64,000 bases of DNA, from assembly GCF_009914755.1 (NCBI RefSeq), contig NC_060943.1; one strand, written 5' to 3'. The position numbers and the translations under genes were made by a program. The DNA comes from the human T2T-CHM13v2.0 reference genome, Homo sapiens. Under the pieces are notes generated by a model. It did no database searches. It was not told the origin of the DNA and worked only from the letters and a program-made list of their open reading frames with translations. Numbering within the stretch: the stretch's first letter is position 1; every line of letters begins with the position of its first letter. Of this stretch, positions 12,461-26,600 are shown piece by piece.

Positions 12461-15400
12461 ATGATTCTCAGAAACTCCTTTGTGATGCGTGCGTTCAACT
12501 CACAGAGTTTAACCTTTCTTTTCATAGAGCAGTTAGGAAACACTCTGTTTGTAAAGTCTGCAAGTGGATATTCAGACATCCTTGAGGCTTTCGTTGGAAA
12601 CGGTATTTCTTCATATTCTGCTAGAAAGAAGAATTCTCAGTAACTTCCTTGTGTTGTGTGTATTCAACTCACAGAGTTGAACGATCCTTTACACAGAGCA
12701 GACTTGAAACACTCTTTTTGTGGAATTTGCAAGTGGAGATTTCAGCCGCTTTGAGGTCAATGGTAGAATAGGAAATATCTTCCTATAGAAACTAGACAGA
12801 ATGATTCTCAGAAACTCCTTTGTGATGTGTGCGTTCAACTCACAGAGTTTAACCTTTCTTTTCATAGAGCAGTTGGGAAACACTCTGTTTGTAAAGTCTG
12901 CAAGTGGATATTCAGACATCCTTGAGGCTTTCGTTGGAAACGGGATTTCTTCATATTCTGCTAGAAAGAAGAATTCTCAGTAACTTCCTTGTGTTGTGTG
13001 TATTCAACTCACAGAGTTGAACGATCCTTTACACAGAGCAGACTTGAAACACTCTTTTTGTGGAATTTGCAAGTGGAGATTTCAGCCGCTTTGAGGTCAA
13101 TGGTAGAATAGGAAATATCTTCCTATAGAAAGTAGACAGAATGATTCTCAGAAACTCCTTTGTGATGTGTGCGTTCAACTCACACAGTTTAACCTTTCTT
13201 TTCATAGAGCAGTTAGGAAACACTCTGTTTGTAAAGTCTGCAAGTGGATATTCAGACCTCCTTGAGGCCTTCGTTGGAAACGGGATTTCTTCATATTATG
13301 CTAGACAGAAGAATTCTCAGGAACTTCCTTGTGTTGTGTGTATTCAACTCACAGAGTTGAACGATCCTTTACACAGAGCAGACTTGAAACACTCTTTTTG
13401 TGGAATTTGCAAGTGGAGATTTCAGCCGCTTTGAGTTCAATGGTAGAATAGGAAATATCTTCCTATAGAAAGTACACAGAATGATTCTCAGAAAATGCTT
13501 TGTGATGTGTGCGTTCAACTCACAGAGTTCAACCTTTCTTTTCATAGAGCAGTTGGGAAACACTCTGTTTGTAAAGTCTGCAAGTGGATATTCAGACTTC
13601 TTTGAGGCCTTCGTTGTAAGCGGGATTTCTTCATATTCTGCTAGACAGAAGAATTCTCAGTAACTTCCTTGTGTTGTGTGTATTCAACTCACAGAGTTGA
13701 ACGATCCTTTACACAGAGCAGACTTGAAACACTCTTTTTGTGGAATTTGCAAGTGGAGATTTCAGCCGCTTTGAGGTCAATGGTAGAATAGGAAATATCT
13801 TCCTATAGAAACTAGACAGAATGATTCTCAGAAACTTCTTTGTGATGTGTGCGTTCAACTCACAGAGTTCAACCTTTCTTTTCATAGAGCAGTTGGGAAA
13901 CACTCTGTTTGTAACGTCTGCAAGTGGATATTCAGACTTCTTTGAGGCCTTCGTTGGAAGCGGGATTTCTTCATGTTCTGCTAGACAGAAGAATTCTCAG
14001 AAACTTCCTTGTGTTGTGTGTTTTCAACTCACAGAGTTGAACGATCCTTTACACAGAGCAGACTTGAAACACTCCTTTTGTGGAATTTGCAAGTGGAGAT
14101 TTCAGCCGCTTTGAGGTCAATGGTAGAATAGGAAATATCTTCCTATAGAAAGTAGACAGAATGATTCTCAGAAACTCCTTTGTGATGTGTGCGTTCAACT
14201 CACAGAGTTTAACCTTTCTTTTCATAGAGCAGTTAGGAAACACTCTGTTTGTAAAGTCTGCAAGTGGATATACAGACCTCCTTGAGGCCTTCGTTGGAAA
14301 CAGGATTTCTTCATATTCTGCTAGACAGAAGAATTCTCAGTAACTTCCTTGTGTTGTGTGTATTCAACTCAAAGAGTTGAACGATCCTTTACACAGAGCA
14401 GACTTGAAACACTCTTTTTGTGGAATTTGCAAGTGGAGATTTCAGCCGCTTTGAGGTCAATGGTAGAATAGGAAATATCTTCCTATAGAAACTAGACAGA
14501 ATGATTCTCATAACTCCTTTGTGATGTGTGCGTTCAACTCACAGAGTTCAACCTTTCTTTTCATAGAGCAGTTGGGAAACACTCTGTTTGTAAAGTCTGC
14601 AAGTGGATATTCAGACTTCTTTGAGGCCTTCGTTGGAAGCGGGATTTCTTCATATTCTGCTAGACAGAAGAATTCTCAGTAACTGCCTTGTGTTGTGTGT
14701 ATTCAACTCACAGAGTTGAACGATCCTTTACACAGAGCAGACTTGAAACACTCTTTTTGTGGAATTTGCAAGTGGAGATTTCAGCCGCTTTGAGGTCAAT
14801 GGTAGAATAGGAAATATCTTCCTATAGAAACTAGACAGAATGATTCTCAGAAACTCCTTTGTGATGTGTGCGTTCAACTCACAGAGTTTACCCTTTCTTT
14901 TCATAGAGCAGTTAGGAAACACTCTGTTTGTAAAGTCTGCAAGTGGATATTCAGACATCCTTGAGGCTTTCGTTGGAAACGGGATTTCTTCATATTCTGC
15001 CAGAAAGAAGAATTCTCAGTAACTTCCTTGTGTTGTGTGTATTCAACTCACAGAGTTGAACGATCCTTTACACAGAGCAGACTTGAAACACTCTTTTTGT
15101 GGAATTTGCAAGTGGAGATTTCAGCCGCTTTGAGGTCAATGGTAGAATAGGAAATATCTTCCTATAGAAACTAGACAGAATGATTCTCAGAAACTCCTTT
15201 GTGATGTGTGCGTTCAACTCACAGAGTTCAACCTTTCTTTTCATAGAGCAGTTGGGAAACACTCTGTTTGTAAAGTCTGCAAGTGGATATTCAGACTTCT
15301 TTGAGGCCTTCGTTGGAAACGGGATTTCTTCATATTCTGCTAGACAGAAGAATTCTCAGTAACTTCCTTGTGTTGTGTGTATTCAACTCACAGAGTTGAA

Positions 15401-18400
15401 CGATCCTTTACACAGAGCAGACTTGAAACACTCTTTTTGTGGAATTTGCAAGTGGAGATTTCAGCCGCTTTGAGGTCAATGGTAGAATAGGAAATATCTT
15501 CCTATAGAAACTAGACAGAATGATTCTCAGAAACTTCTTTGTGATGTGTGCGTTCAACTCACAGAGTTCAACCTTTCTTTTCATAGAGCAGTTGGGAAAC
15601 ACTCTGTTTGTAACGTCTGCAAGTGGATATTCAGACTTCTTTGAGGCCTTCGTTGGAAGCGGGATTTCTTCATGTTCTGCTAGACAGAAGAATTCTCAGA
15701 AACTTCCTTGTGTTGTGTGTTTTCAACTCACAGAGTTGAACGATCCTTTACACAGAGCAGACTTGAAACACTCCTTTTGTGGAATTTGCAAGTGGAGATT
15801 TCAGCCGCTTTGAGGTCAATGGTAGAATAGGAAATATCTTCCTATAGAAAGTAGACAGAATGATTCTCAGAAACTCCTTTGTGATGCGTGCGTTCAACTC
15901 ACAGAGTTTAACCTTTCTTTTCATAGAGCAGTTAGGAAACACTCTGTTTGTAAAGTCTGCAAGTGGATATTCAGACATCCTTGAGGCTTTCGTTGGAAAC
16001 GGTATTTCTTCATATTCTGCTAGAAAGAAGAATTCTCAGTAACTTCCTTGTGTTGTGTGTATTCAACTCACAGAGTTGAACGATCCTTTACACAGAGCAG
16101 ACTTGAAACACTCTTTTTGTGGAATTTGCAAGTGGAGATTTCAGCCGCTTTGAGGTCAATGGTAGAATAGGAAATATCTTCCTATAGAAACTAGACAGAA
16201 TGATTCTCAGAAACTCCTTTGTGATGTGTGCGTTCAACTCACAGAGTTTAACCTTTCTTTTCATAGAGCAGTTGGGAAACACTCTGTTTGTAAAGTCTGC
16301 AAGTGGATATTCAGACATCCTTGAGGCTTTCGTTGGAAACGGGATTTCTTCATATTCTGCTAGAAAGAAGAATTCTCAGTAACTTCCTTGTGTTGTGTGT
16401 ATTCAACTCACAGAGTTGAACGATCCTTTACACAGAGCAGACTTGAAACACTCTTTTTGTGGAATTTGCAAGTGGAGATTTCAGCCGCTTTGAGGTCAAT
16501 GGTAGAATAGGAAATATCTTCCTATAGAAAGTAGACAGAATGATTCTCAGAAACTCCTTTGTGATGTGTGCGTTCAACTCACACAGTTTAACCTTTCTTT
16601 TCATAGAGCAGTTAGGAAACACTCTGTTTGTAAAGTCTGCAAGTGGATATTCAGACCTCCTTGAGGCCTTCGTTGGAAACGGGATTTCTTCATATTATGC
16701 TAGACAGAAGAATTCTCAGGAACTTCCTTGTGTTGTGTGTATTCAACTCACAGAGTTGAACGATCCTTTACACAGAGCAGACTTGAAACACTCTTTTTGT
16801 GGAATTTGCAAGTGGAGATTTCAGCCGCTTTGAGTTCAATGGTAGAATAGGAAATATCTTCCTATAGAAAGTACACAGAATGATTCTCAGAAAATGCTTT
16901 GTGATGTGTGCGTTCAACTCACAGAGTTCAACCTTTCTTTTCATAGAGCAGTTGGGAAACACTCTGTTTGTAAAGTCTGCAAGTGGATATTCAGACTTCT
17001 TTGAGGCCTTCGTTGTAAGCGGGATTTCTTCATATTCTGCTAGACAGAAGAATTCTCAGTAACTTCCTTGTGTTGTGTGTATTCAACTCACAGAGTTGAA
17101 CGATCCTTTACACAGAGCAGACTTGAAACACTCTTTTTGTGGAATTTGCAAGTGGAGATTTCAGCCGCTTTGAGTTCAATGGTAGAATAGGAAATATCTT
17201 CCTATAGAAAGTACACAGAATGATTCTCAGAAAATGCTTTGTGATGTGTGCGTTCAACTCACAGAGTTCAACCTTTCTTTTCATAGAGCAGTTGGGAAAC
17301 ACTCTGTTTGTAAAGTCTGCAAGTGGATATTCAGACTTCTTTGAGGCCTTCGTTGTAAGCGGGATTTCTTCATATTCTGCTAGACAGAAGAATTCTCAGT
17401 AACTTCCTTGTGTTGTGTGTATTCAACTCACAGAGTTGAACGATCCTTTACACAGAGCAGACTTGAAACACTCTTTTTGTGGAATTTGCAAGTGGAGATT
17501 TCAGCCGCTTTGAGGTCAATGGTAGAATAGGAAATATCTTCCTATAGAAACTAGACAGAATGATTCTCAGAAACTTCTTTGTGATGTGTGCGTTCAACTC
17601 ACAGAGTTCAACCTTTCTTTTCATAGAGCAGTTGGGAAACACTCTGTTTGTAACGTCTGCAAGTGGATATTCAGACTTCTTTGAGGCCTTCGTTGGAAGC
17701 GGGATTTCTTCATGTTCTGCTAGACAGAAGAATTCTCAGAAACTTCCTTGTGTTGTGTGTTTTCAACTCACAGAGTTGAACGATCCTTTACACAGAGCAG
17801 ACTTGAAACACTCCTTTTGTGGAATTTGCAAGTGGAGATTTCAGCCGCTTTGAGGTCAATGGTAGAATAGGAAATATCTTCCTATAGAAAGTAGACAGAA
17901 TGATTCTCAGAAACTCCTTTGTGATGTGTGCGTTCAACTCACAGAGTTTAACCTTTCTTTTCATAGAGCAGTTAGGAAACACTCTGTTTGTAAAGTCTGC
18001 AAGTGGATATACAGACCTCCTTGAGGCCTTCGTTGGAAACAGGATTTCTTCATATTCTGCTAGACAGAAGAATTCTCAGTAACTTCCTTGTGTTGTGTGT
18101 ATTCAACTCAAAGAGTTGAACGATCCTTTACACAGAGCAGACTTGAAACACTCTTTTTGTGGAATTTGCAAGTGGAGATTTCAGCCGCTTTGAGGTCAAT
18201 GGTAGAATAGGAAATATCTTCCTATAGAAACTAGACAGAATGATTCTCATAACTCCTTTGTGATGTGTGCGTTCAACTCACAGAGTTCAACCTTTCTTTT
18301 CATAGAGCAGTTGGGAAACACTCTGTTTGTAAAGTCTGCAAGTGGATATTCAGACTTCTTTGAGGCCTTCGTTGGAAGCGGGATTTCTTCATATTCTGCT

Positions 18401-21400
18401 AGACAGAAGAATTCTCAGTAACTGCCTTGTGTTGTGTGTATTCAACTCACAGAGTTGAACGATCCTTTACACAGAGCAGACTTGAAACACTCTTTTTGTG
18501 GAATTTGCAAGTGGAGATTTCAGCCGCTTTGAGGTCAATGGTAGAATAGGAAATATCTTCCTATAGAAACTAGACAGAATGATTCTCAGAAACTCCTTTG
18601 TGATGTGTGCGTTCAACTCACAGAGTTTACCCTTTCTTTTCATAGAGCAGTTAGGAAACACTCTGTTTGTAAAGTCTGCAAGTGGATATTCAGACATCCT
18701 TGAGGCTTTCGTTGGAAACGGGATTTCTTCATATTCTGCCAGAAAGAAGAATTCTCAGTAACTTCCTTGTGTTGTGTGTATTCAACTCACAGAGTTGAAC
18801 GATCCTTTACACAGAGCAGACTTGAAACACTCTTTTTGTGGAATTTGCAAGTGGAGATTTCAGCCGCTTTGAGGTCAATGGTAGAATAGGAAATATCTTC
18901 CTATAGAAACTAGACAGAATGATTCTCAGAAACTCCTTTGTGATGTGTGCGTTCAACTCACAGAGTTCAACCTTTCTTTTCATAGAGCAGTTGGGAAACA
19001 CTCTGTTTGTAAAGTCTGCAAGTGGATATTCAGACTTCTTTGAGGCCTTCGTTGGAAACGGGATTTCTTCATATTCTGCTAGACAGAAGAATTCTCAGTA
19101 ACTTCCTTGTGTTGTGTGTATTCAACTCACAGAGTTGAACGATCCTTTACACAGAGCAGACTTGAAACACTCTTTTTGTGGAATTTGCAAGTGGAGATTT
19201 CAGCCGCTTTGAGGTCAATGGTAGAATAGGAAATATCTTCCTATAGAAACTAGACAGAATGATTCTCAGAAACTTCTTTGTGATGTGTGCGTTCAACTCA
19301 CAGAGTTCAACCTTTCTTTTCATAGAGCAGTTGGGAAACACTCTGTTTGTAACGTCTGCAAGTGGATATTCAGACTTCTTTGAGGCCTTCGTTGGAAGCG
19401 GGATTTCTTCATGTTCTGCTAGACAGAAGAATTCTCAGAAACTTCCTTGTGTTGTGTGTTTTCAACTCACAGAGTTGAACGATCCTTTACACAGAGCAGA
19501 CTTGAAACACTCCTTTTGTGGAATTTGCAAGTGGAGATTTCAGCCGCTTTGAGGTCAATGGTAGAATAGGAAATATCTTCCTATAGAAAGTAGACAGAAT
19601 GATTCTCAGAAACTCCTTTGTGATGTGTGCGTTCAACTCACAGAGTTTAACCTTTCTTTTCATAGAGCAGTTAGGAAACACTCTGTTTGTAAAGTCTGCA
19701 AGTGGATATACAGACCTCCTTGAGGCCTTCGTTGGAAACAGGATTTCTTCATATTCTGCTAGACAGAAGAATTCTCAGTAACTTCCTTGTGTTGTGTGTA
19801 TTCAACTCAAAGAGTTGAACGATCCTTTACACAGAGCAGACTTGAAACACTCTTTTTGTGGAATTTGCAAGTGGAGATTTCAGCCGCTTTGAGGTCAATG
19901 GTAGAATAGGAAATATCTTCCTATAGAAACTAGACAGAATGATTCTCATAACTCCTTTGTGATGTGTGCGTTCAACTCACAGAGTTCAACCTTTCTTTTC
20001 ATAGAGCAGTTGGGAAACACTCTGTTTGTAAAGTCTGCAAGTGGATATTCAGACTTCTTTGAGGCCTTCGTTGGAAGCGGGATTTCTTCATATTCTGCTA
20101 GACAGAAGAATTCTCAGTAACTGCCTTGTGTTGTGTGTATTCAACTCACAGAGTTGAACGATCCTTTACACAGAGCAGACTTGAAACACTCTTTTTGTGG
20201 AATTTGCAAGTGGAGATTTCAGCCGCTTTGAGGTCAATGGTAGAATAGGAAATATCTTCCTATAGAAACTAGACAGAATGATTCTCAGAAACTCCTTTGT
20301 GATGTGTGCGTTCAACTCACAGAGTTTACCCTTTCTTTTCATAGAGCAGTTAGGAAACACTCTGTTTGTAAAGTCTGCAAGTGGATATTCAGACATCCTT
20401 GAGGCTTTCGTTGGAAACGGGATTTCTTCATATTCTGCCAGAAAGAAGAATTCTCAGTAACTTCCTTGTGTTGTGTGTATTCAACTCACAGAGTTGAACG
20501 ATCCTTTACACAGAGCAGACTTGAAACACTCTTTTTGTGGAATTTGCAAGTGGAGATTTCAGCCGCTTTGAGGTCAATGGTAGAATAGGAAATATCTTCC
20601 TATAGAAACTAGACAGAATGATTCTCAGAAACTCCTTTGTGATGTGTGCGTTCAACTCACAGAGTTCAACCTTTCTTTTCATAGAGCAGTTGGGAAACAC
20701 TCTGTTTGTAAAGTCTGCAAGTGGATATTCAGACCTCCTTGAGGCCTTCGTTGGAAACGGGATTTCTTCATATTATGCTAGACAGAAGAATTCTCAGGAA
20801 CTTCCTTGTGTTGTGTGTATTCAACTCACAGAGTTGAACGATCCTTTACACAGAGCAGACTTGAAACACTCTTTTTGTGGAATTTGCAAGTGGAGATTTC
20901 AGCCGCTTTGAGTTCAATGGTAGAATAGGAAATATCTTCCTATAGAAAGTACACAGAATGATTCTCAGAAACTGCTTTGTGATGTGTGCGTTCAACTCAC
21001 AGAGTTCAACCTTTCTTTTCATAGAGCAGTTGGGAAACACTCTGTTTGTAAAGTCTGCAAGTGGATATTCAGACTTCTTTGAGGCCTTCGTTGGAAGCGG
21101 GATTTCTTCATATTCTGCTAGACAGAAGAATTCTCAGTAACTTCCTTGTGTTGTGTGTATTCAACTCACAGAGTTGAACGATCCTTTACACAGAGCAGAC
21201 TTGAAACACTCTTTTTGTGGAATTTGCAAGTGGAGATTTCAGCCGCTTTGAGGTCAATGGTAGAATAGGAAATATCTTCCTATAGAAACTAGACAGAATG
21301 ATTCTCAGAAACTCCTTTGTGATGTGTGCGTTCAACTCACAGAGTTCAACCTTTCTTTTCATAGAGCAGTTGGGAAACACTCTGTTTGTAAAGTCTGCAA

Positions 21401-22316
21401 GTGGATATTCAGACTTCTTTGAGGCCTTCGTTGGAAGCGGGATTTCTTCATGTTCTGCTAGACAGAAGAATTCTCAGAAACTTCCTTGTGTTGTGTGTTT
21501 TCAACTCACAGAGTTGAACGATCCTTTACACAGAGCAGACTTGAAACACTCCTTTTGTGGAATTTGCAAGTGGAGATTTCAGCCGCTTTGAGGTCAATGG
21601 TAGAATAGGAAATATCTTCCTATAGAAAGTAGACAGAATGATTCTCAGAAACTCCTTTGTGATGTGTGCGTTCAACTCACAGAGTTTAACCTTTCTTTTC
21701 ATAGAGCAGTTAGGAAACACTCTGTTTGTAAAGTCTGCAAGTGGATATTCAGACCTCCTTGAGGCCTTCGTTGGAAACAGGATTTCTTCATATTCTGCTA
21801 GACAGAAGAATTCTCAGTAACTTCCTTGTGTTGTGTGTATTCAACTCACAGAGTTGAACGATCCTTTACACAGAGCAGACTTGAAACACTCTTTTTGTGG
21901 AATTTGCAAGTGGAGATTTCAGCCGCTTTGAGTTCAATGGTAGAATAGGAAATATCTTCCTATAGAAACTAGACAGAATGATTCTCATAACTCCTTTGTG
22001 ATGTGTGCGTTCAACTCACAGAGTTCAACCTTTCTTTTCATAGAGCAGTTGGGAAACACTCTGTTTGTAAAGTCTGCAAGTGGATATTCAGACTTCTTTG
22101 AGGCCTTCGTTGGAAGCGGGATTTCTTCATATTCTGCTAGACAGAAGAATTCTCAGTAACTGCCTTGTGTTGTGTGTATTCAACTCACAGAGTTGAACGA
22201 TCCTTTACACAGAGCAGACTTGAAACACTCTTTTTGTGGAATTTGCAAGTGGAGATTTCAGCCGCTTTGAGGTCAATGGTAGAATAGGAAATATCTTCCT
22301 ATAGAAACTAGACAGA
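12461..22316 (+). repeat. Nested duplication domain carrying the four 339-bp deletion dimers
   Basis: TCTCAGAAAC>TCTCATAAC at 14511, 18250, 19949 and 21988. Co-segregating markers include GTAACG, TATACAG, AAAATGC and CAAAGAG. Confidence 0.85.
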
Positions 22317-23676
22317 ATGATTCTCAGAAACTCCTTTGTGATGTGTGCGTTCAACTCACAGAGTTTACCCTTTCTTTTCATAGAGCAGTTAGGAAACACT
22401 CTGTTTGTAAAGTCTGCAAGTGGATATTCAGACATCCTTGAGGCTTTCGTTGGAAACGGGATTTCTTCATATTCTGCCAGAAAGAAGAATTCTCAGTAAC
22501 TTCCTTGTGTTGTGTGTATTCAACTCACAGAGTTGAACGATCCTTTACACAGAGCAGACTTGAAACACTCTTTTTGTGGAATTTGCAAGTGGAGATTTCA
22601 GCCGCTTTGAGGTCAATGGTAGAATAGGAAATATCTTCCTATAGAAACTAGACAGAATGATTCTCAGAAACTCCTTTGTGATGTGTGCGTTCAACTCACA
22701 GAGTTTAACCTTTCTTTTCATAGAGCAGTTAGGAAACACTCTGTTTGTAAAGTCTGCAAGTGGATATTCAGACATCCTTGAGGCTTTCGTTGGAAACGGG
22801 ATTTCTTCATATTCTGCTAGAAAGAAGAATTCCCAGTAACTTCCTTGTGTTGTGTGTATTCAACTCACAGAGTTGAACGATCCTTTACACAGAGCAGACT
22901 TGAAACACTCTTTTTGTGGAATTTGCAAGTGGAGATTTCAGCCGCTTTGAGGTCAATGGTAGAATAGGAAATATCTTCCTATAGAAACTAGACAGAATGA
23001 TTCTCAGAAACTCCTTTGTGATGTGTGCGTTCAACTCACACAGTTTAACCTTTCTTTTCATAGATCAGTTAGGAAACACTCTGTTTGTAAAGTCTGCAAG
23101 TGGATATTCAGACCTCCTTGAGGCCTTCGTTGGAAACGGGATTTCTTCATATTATGCTAGACAGAAGAATTCTCAGGAACTTCCTTGTGTTGTGTGTATT
23201 CAACTCACAGAGTTGAACGATCCTTTACACAGAGCAGACTTGAAACACTCTTTTTGTGGAATTTGCAAGTGGAGATTTCAGCCGCTTTGAGTTCAATGGT
23301 AGAATAGGAAATATCTTCCTATAGAAAGTACACAGAATGATTCTCAGAAACTGCTTTGTGATGTGTGCGTTCAACTCACAGAGTTCAACCTTTCTTTTCA
23401 TAGAGCAGTTGGGAAACACTCTGTTTGTAAAGTCGGCAAGTGGATATTTAGACTTCTTTGAGGCCTTCTTTGGAAGCGGGATTTCTTCATATTCTGCTAG
23501 ACAGAAGAATTCTCAGTAACTTCCTTGTGTTGTGTGTATTCAACTCACAGAGTTGAACGATCCTTTACACAGAGCAGACTTGAAACACTCTTTTTGTGGA
23601 ATTTGCAAGTGGAGATTTCAGCCGCTTTGAGGTCAATGGTAGAATAGGAAATATCTTCCTATAGAAACTAGACAGA

Positions 23677-26600
23677 ATGATTCTCAGAAACTCCTTTGTG
23701 ATGTGTGCGTTCAACTCACAGAGTTCAACCTTTCTTTTCATAGAGCAGTTGGGAAACACTCTGTTTGTAAAGTCTGCAAGTGGATATTCAGACTTCTTTG
23801 AGGCCTTCGTTGGAAGCGGGATTTCTTCATGTTCTGCTAGACAGAAGAATTCTCAGAAACTTCCTTGTGTTGTGTGTTTTCAACTCACAGAGTTGAACGA
23901 TCCTTTACACAGAGCAGACTTGAAACACTCCTTTTGTGGAATTTGCAAGTGGAGATTTCAGCCGCTTTGAGGTCAATGGTAGAATAGGAAATATCTTCCT
24001 ATAGAAAGTAGACAGAATGATTCTCAGAAACTCCTTTGTGATGTGTGCGTTCAACTCACAGAGTTCAACCTTTCTTTTCATAGAGCAGTTGGGAAACACT
24101 CTGTTTGTAAAGTCTGCAAGTGGATATTCAGACTTCTTTGAGGCCTTCGTTGGAAGCGGGATTTCTTCATATTCTGCTAGACAGAAGAATTCTCAGTAAC
24201 TGCCTTGTGTTGTGTGTATTCAACTCACAGAGTTGAACGATCCTTTACACAGAGCAGACTTGAAACACTCTTTTTGTGGAATTTGCAAGTGGAGATTTCA
24301 GCCGCTTTGAGGTCAATGGTAGAATAGGAAATATCTTCCTATAGAAACTAGACAGAATGATTCTCAGAAACTCCTTTGTGATGTGTGCGTTCAACTCACA
24401 GAGTTTACCCTTTCTTTTCATAGAGCAGTTAGGAAACACTCTGTTTGTAAAGTCTGCAAGTGGATATTCAGACATCCTTGAGGCTTTCGTTGGAAACGGG
24501 ATTTCTTCATATTCTGCCAGAAAGAAGAATTCTCAGTAACTTCCTTGTGTTGTGTGTATTCAACTCACAGAGTTGAACGATCCTTTACACAGAGCAGACT
24601 TGAAACACTCTTTTTGTGGAATTTGCAAGTGGAGATTTCAGCCGCTTTGAGGTCAATGGTAGAATAGGAAATATCTTCCTATAGAAACTAGACAGAATGA
24701 TTCTCAGAAACTCCTTTGTGATGTGTGCGTTCAACTCACAGAGTTTAACCATTCTTTTCATAGAGCAGTTAGGAAACACTCTGTTTGTAAAGTCTGCAAG
24801 TGGATATTCAGACATCCTTGAGGCTTTCGTTGGAAACGGGATTTCTTCATATTCTGCTAGAAAGAAGAATTCTCAGTAACTTCCTTGTGTTGTGTGTATT
24901 CAACTCACAGAGTTGAACGATCCTTTACACAGAGCAGACTTGAAACACTCTTTTTGTGGAATTTGCAAGTGGAGATTTCAGCCGCTTTGAGGTCAATGGT
25001 AGAATAGGAAATATCTTCCTATAGAAACTAGACAGAATGATTCTCAGAAACTCCTTTGTGATGTGTGCGTTCAACTCACAGAGTTCAACCTTTCTTTTCA
25101 TAGAGCAGTTGGGAAACACTCTGTTTGTAAAGTCTGCAAGTGGATATTCAGACTTCTTTGAGGCCTTCGTTGGAAGCGGGATTTCTTCATGTTCTGCTAG
25201 ACAGAAGAATTCTCAGTAACTGCCTTGTGTTGTGTGTATTCAACTCACAGAGTTGAACGATCCTTTACACAGAGCAGACTTGAAACACTCCTTTTGTGGA
25301 ATTTGCAAGTTGAGATTTCAGCCGCTTTGAGGTCAATGGTAGAATAGGAAATATCTTCCTATAGAAAGTAGACAGAATGATTCTCAGAAACTCCTTTGTG
25401 ATGTGTGCGTTCAACTCACAGAGTTTAACCTTTCTTTTCATAGAGCAGTTAGGAAACACTCTGTTTGTAAAGTCTGCAAGTGGATATTCAGACATCCTTG
25501 AGGCTTTCGTTGGAAACGGGATTTCTTCATATTCTGCTAGAAAGAAGAATTCTCAGTAACTTCCTTGTGTTGTGTGTATTCAACTCACAGAGTTGAACGA
25601 TCCTTTACACAGAGCAGACTTGAAACACTCTTTTTGTGGAATTTGCAAGTGGAGATTTCAGCCGCTTTGAGGTCAATGGTAGAATAGGAAATATCTTCCT
25701 ATAGAAACTAGACAGAATGATTCTCAGAAACTCCTTTGTGATGTGTGCGTTCAACTCACAGAGTTTAACCTTTCTTTTCATAGAGCAGTTAGGAAACACT
25801 CTGTTTGTAAAGTCTGCAAGTGGATATTCAGACATCCTTGAGGCTTTCGTTGGAAACGGGATTTCTTCATATTCTGCTAGAAAGAAGAATTCTCAGTAAC
25901 TTCCTTGTGTTGTGTGTATTCAACTCACAGAGTTGAACGATCCTTTACACAGAGCAGACTTGAAACACTCTTTTTGTGGAATTTGCAAGTGGAGATTTCA
26001 GCCGCTTTGAGGTCAATGGTAGAATAGGAAATATCTTCCTATAGAAAGTAGACAGAATGATTCTCAGAAACTCCTTTGTGATGTGTGCGTTCAACTCACA
26101 GAGTTTAACCTTTCTTTTCATAGAGCAGTTGGGAAACACTCTGTTTGTAAAGTCTGCAAGTGGATATTCAGACATCCTTGAGGCTTTCGTTGTAAACGGG
26201 ATTTCTTCATATTCTGCTAGAAAGAAGAATTCTCAGTAACTTCCTTGTGTTGTGTGTATTCAACTCACAGAGTTGAACGATCCTTTACACAGAGCAGACT
26301 TGAAACACTCTTTTTGTGGAATTTGCAAGTGGAGATTTCAGCCGCTTTGAGTTCAATGGTAGAATAGGAAATATCTTCCTATAGAAACTAGACAGAATGA
26401 TTCTCAGAAACTCCTTTGTGATGTGTGCGTTCAACTCACAGAGTTTAACCTCTCTTTTCATAGAGCAGTTGGGAAACACTCTGTTTGTAAAGTCTGCAAG
26501 TGGATATTCAGACTTCTTTGAGGCCTTCGTTGGAAGCGGGATTTCTTCATGTTCTGCTAGACAGAAGAATTCTCAGAAACTTCCTTGTGTTGTGTGTTTT

